A stretch of DNA of 54,743 bases, filler included, from Sphacelaria rigidula (lineage: Eukaryota), in assembly GCA_964200075.2 (NCBI GenBank). It is 4 parts of 4 records of this genome, joined end to end, with 100 filler letters (N's around TTAATTAATTAA, not from the genome) between each part and the next. Parts side by side here need not be neighbours in the genome. Positions count along the whole stretch, not along the records: positions 41,136 to 54,743 come from CAXNAA020002767.1; 3 more parts are not named here. One strand, written 5' to 3'. This document shows positions 52,301 to 54,743 of this stretch, in pieces; the stretch's first letter is position 1; the number at the start of each line of letters is the position of its first letter. A program made the position numbers and the translations under genes. Below the pieces are notes generated by a model. The model saw nothing but the letters and a program-made list of their open reading frames with translations. It was not told the origin of the DNA and ran no database searches.

Positions 52301-52507
52301 CAATAAAAGACAAAAAAGAGTCAGTGCCGCACGAAACCCAGCAAAGACGCGAAGACGGGGAAGTCACCAATAAAAACTCTCAACACCGACCTCAACGCAC
52401 TGCCATCCGAAGAACGATAGATTCTCACCCATGGGGGTGACCACAAGGCTAGTGGTTAGCACGCCTGCGCAGGCCGACAGCATCCTCTGAGGCGGGGTGA
52501 TGTCCAT
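43279..52507 (-). CDS. Mitochondrial carrier, SLC25A39/SLC25A40 (Mtm1)-like; 3 exons
   Basis: Exons 52507-52429 (alternative ATG at 52555), 44930-44034 and 43517-43279; both introns are phase 1 GT..AG. Three carrier signatures PMDVVKTR, PLELVRTR and PFDVAKTQ; family-typical RDVPFSMVYW and KVAPACAIMMFSYE; Cys-containing loop in repeat 1. Confidence 0.88.
44034..44930 (-). CDS. Mitochondrial carrier exon 2
   Basis: ATAG|AT GTT to GAG G|GTGAGT. Confidence 0.9.
46195..46328 (+). mobile_element. Non-LTR retroelement/SINE 3' end with (AAC)n tail
   Basis: Same family as 19652-19770 and 53619-54670. Confidence 0.6.
47839..49949. mobile_element. Non-autonomous DNA transposon of about 2.1 kb with long degenerate TIRs, in carrier intron 1
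   Basis: Left GCTGGTTCA...CACTCATCGGCAAAACTTCACGCC matches the reverse complement of right GGCGTGAGGTTTTGCGGATGAGTG...TGAACCAGC; inner inverted pair at about 48710-48750 and 49378-49425; no transposase ORF. Confidence 0.6.
50720..50853 (+). pseudogene. Degenerate Ty1/Copia RNase H fragment
   Basis: SIEAEFAAVSSVSKLIVWFR resembles Copia STEAEYxA...WLR. Confidence 0.4.
52429..52507 (-). CDS. Mitochondrial carrier exon 1
   Basis: MDITPPQRMLSACAGVLTTSLVVTPM then G|GTGAGA; joining exon 2 completes PMDVVK. Confidence 0.85.
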
Positions 52508-52555
52508 CGGGATAGGTGCCGCCGCTATCTGCTCGGACAAGCACTGGAATCGCAT

Positions 52556-53020
52556 CCAGTATATAGAAGAGGAGGTTTGTTTTTGGACGCACTCTTGATG
52601 CTGATTGGTCGGTGGTTACTAGTTGGGCGCAAGTGTCCTATATAACATAAGCCTGCGCTCAAAGGGCATTCGCGCGCGTGCTGGGGCACACGCCGTGTTG
52701 TTGGCGTGCCACGGCAGTTTGCTGTTTCTTTTGTCGACTCTCGAGCCCTGAAAAATCAAGGTCAATCCTTTATGCGGACGATATTTAATGATGGCTAAGT
52801 CAAACTTGAATTCTCTAATGACAGAACGTATAAATCCCTATCTTGTGAGGCTTTGAAGGCAGCCAGCACCCTCCGTCGTCCTCGAGAGCTGTATCGGTCC
52901 ACCGCACAACCGTTTTTTAGACTTCGAAGGGTCTTTTCTCCTTCGCTTTGGTTTTTCTAACCAATCCTTTCGAACGGGAAGCAGTCACCGTAGAATAAAC
53001 CTCAGGCGCCGTCAGAAATC
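52556..53020. promoter_or_regulatory. Putative bidirectional promoter
   Basis: About 0.5 kb between the divergent start codons of the carrier and pescadillo; ATTGG (CCAAT reverse) at about 52604. Confidence 0.5.
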
Positions 53021-53185
53021 ATGGGCAACCATGTCAAGGCCAGGCCAAGGGCGAAGCCTAAACCCAAGAGTGTGAAAGCCAAGATCAACCGGAAAATGGG
53101 CTCTAAGCGCCGCACTCAGAAGATGGGCAAGGAGCTCAAGAAGGGGATGAAGGGTGCCACCGCTAGCTATCTCACGCGCGCGCAG
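53021..53185 (+). CDS. PES1: Pescadillo (Nop7) homolog, exon 1
   Basis: MGKELKKGMKGATASYLTRAQ matches the pescadillo N-terminal motif (KKG..G....Y.TR..A); donor CAG|GTGCGG; the rest lies beyond the window. Confidence 0.75.
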
Positions 53186-53618
53186 GTGCGGTACTGCTGT
53201 TTGTGTGTAAAGTCCTGAGCGTGCTTACACGCATGTTTACTGTTGACACCACCACCAGTAGGCTAGATGATGTAGTTTAACACCCCTCAATTATCCCGAT
53301 ACAGAAAGAAATCTTGACTCTCTATGTACTGTTGGTGTACGGAAAAGATGGCATCAAGATCTCAGCGATGACGCGGGTTTTGGCGGCGTGTTCGACGCCA
53401 AATTGGAGAAAATCGACCCCGAACATGTTGCCCAGGGGTGCTATAACTCGTCACGTCAAGATACGTTCATATAATTTCCAACCCATTGGACACCAGGCCT
53501 CGTTTCGCTAGGCTTTTGCTTTTTATGCATTTTTTTCCAGAGCAAATACGCATCAAGTTCACAAGAGGTCAAGGTTGAGCGGAAACCCCGCCGAGGCGTT
53601 ACAGCGTCTTGATTACAG

Positions 53619-53810
53619 TGTTGTTGTTGTTGTTGTTGTTGTTGTGTTGTTGTCTTCACATTCAAAACCGTTCCGATATCTGCGCACTACTCTGTACTGA
53701 GCATCTGACGCGGACGCCTGCCGTGGTGACAGGCTAACTACCCCCAGCTAGGGTAAAAGGAAAAGCACAAAATAAATCGGACCCAGGAAAAATCACACAG
53801 ATCTACGACG

Positions 53811-53844
<34 letters not shown>

Positions 53845-54670
53845 GTTGTTGTCTTCACATTCAAAACCGTTCCGATATCTGCGCACTACTCTTTAGACCC
53901 ACTTTTATGGCAACGAGTCCCGATTTCCTCGAATATGAGGATTTCAGCCCATCTACAGGCGATTTTCTCCCGTGCATGGATTTTTCGGACCCCAGTCCCT
54001 TGGGCAATGTTTTTCGGCTAGCTGTGAGCGAACCAGATCGATTCTCTGATTTTCTGGGCGTTGATTTTCGATACATCACCGTTCTGCCCAAATCGGAACA
54101 CTCCCGCATCTCCCCCTATTTTTCAAGAAAAATCGGGGGAGATGCGGGAGTGTCCCGATTTGGGCAGAAATGTGAACAAACCAAAAGTCAACGTCTATAA
54201 AATCGGAGAATTGATCTGATTTGCTCACAGCTAGCCGGAAAATGTTGTGCAACGGACTGGGGTCCGAAAAATCAATCCACGGGAGAAAATCGCCTGTAGA
54301 TGGACTGAAATCCTCATATTTGTAAAAATCGGGACTCGTTGCCATGAAAGTGGGTCTTACTAAGCATCTGACGCGGACGCCTTCCGTGGTGACAGGTCAA
54401 CTACCCCAAGCTAGGGTAAAAAAAATCATAAAATAAACCGGACCCAGGAAAAGTTACACGGATCCACAACGTTGTTGTTGTTGTTGTTGTTGTTGTTGTT
54501 GCTGTTGTTGTGTTTTTGTCTTCACATCCCAAACCGTTCCGATATCCGCGCAGTACTCGGTACTGGGCATCTAATGCGACACCTTCCGTGGTCACAGGCT
54601 AACTACCCCAAGCTAGGGTAAAAGAAAATCATGAAAATAAACTGGACCCAGCAAAATTCACACAGATCCG
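53619..54670 (-). repeat. Three tandem units of about 190 bp of a SINE/LINE 3' end, each with an (AAC)n tail
   Basis: Units start at 53619, 53810 and 54471; the middle unit is interrupted by a MITE. Confidence 0.8.
53896..54356. mobile_element. PIF/Harbinger-type foldback MITE
   Basis: 461-bp near-palindrome GACCCACTTT...AAAGTGGGTC flanked by TTA on both sides; absent from the neighbouring tandem units. Confidence 0.85.
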
Positions 54671-54743
54671 ATGCAAACGAAATAAAAACACTAGAAAAAA
54701 AAAAAAAAAGAGGAAAGAAAAGGGATACTGCTACGAGCTAGTC

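Noticed and set aside
53619..54670. Tandem units as a CRISPR or regulatory array
   Set aside because: There are no unique spacers; the units match a dispersed retroposon end.

Overview
Eukaryotic, intron-rich, transposon-rich DNA, most consistent with a brown alga (Ectocarpus-like; inferred from gene families and repeat style). Three identical 100-bp spacers (N44-TTAATTAATTAA-N44) split the window into four contigs whose true adjacency is unproven. Contig 1 holds a minus-strand NB-ARC-TPR (STAND/NLR-like) gene with about 18 42-aa TPRs on all-phase-0 exons, plus SINEs and MITEs. Contig 2 holds the first six exons of an N-myristoylated EF-hand protein resembling the N-terminus of apicomplexan CDPK7. 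Contig 3 is a nest of decayed Ty3/Gypsy elements: two copies sharing one LTR with a tRNA-Ser PBS, an antisense second family, a solo LTR and three MITEs. Both Gypsy integrases end in a chromodomain plus a further conserved, possibly Tudor-like, domain. Contig 4 holds a complete 3-exon SLC25A39/40 (Mtm1-like) mitochondrial carrier, head-to-head with exon 1 of pescadillo. No CRISPR array, rRNA or genuine tRNA gene was seen. All calls come from reading motifs and splice sites by eye; no database searches were run.
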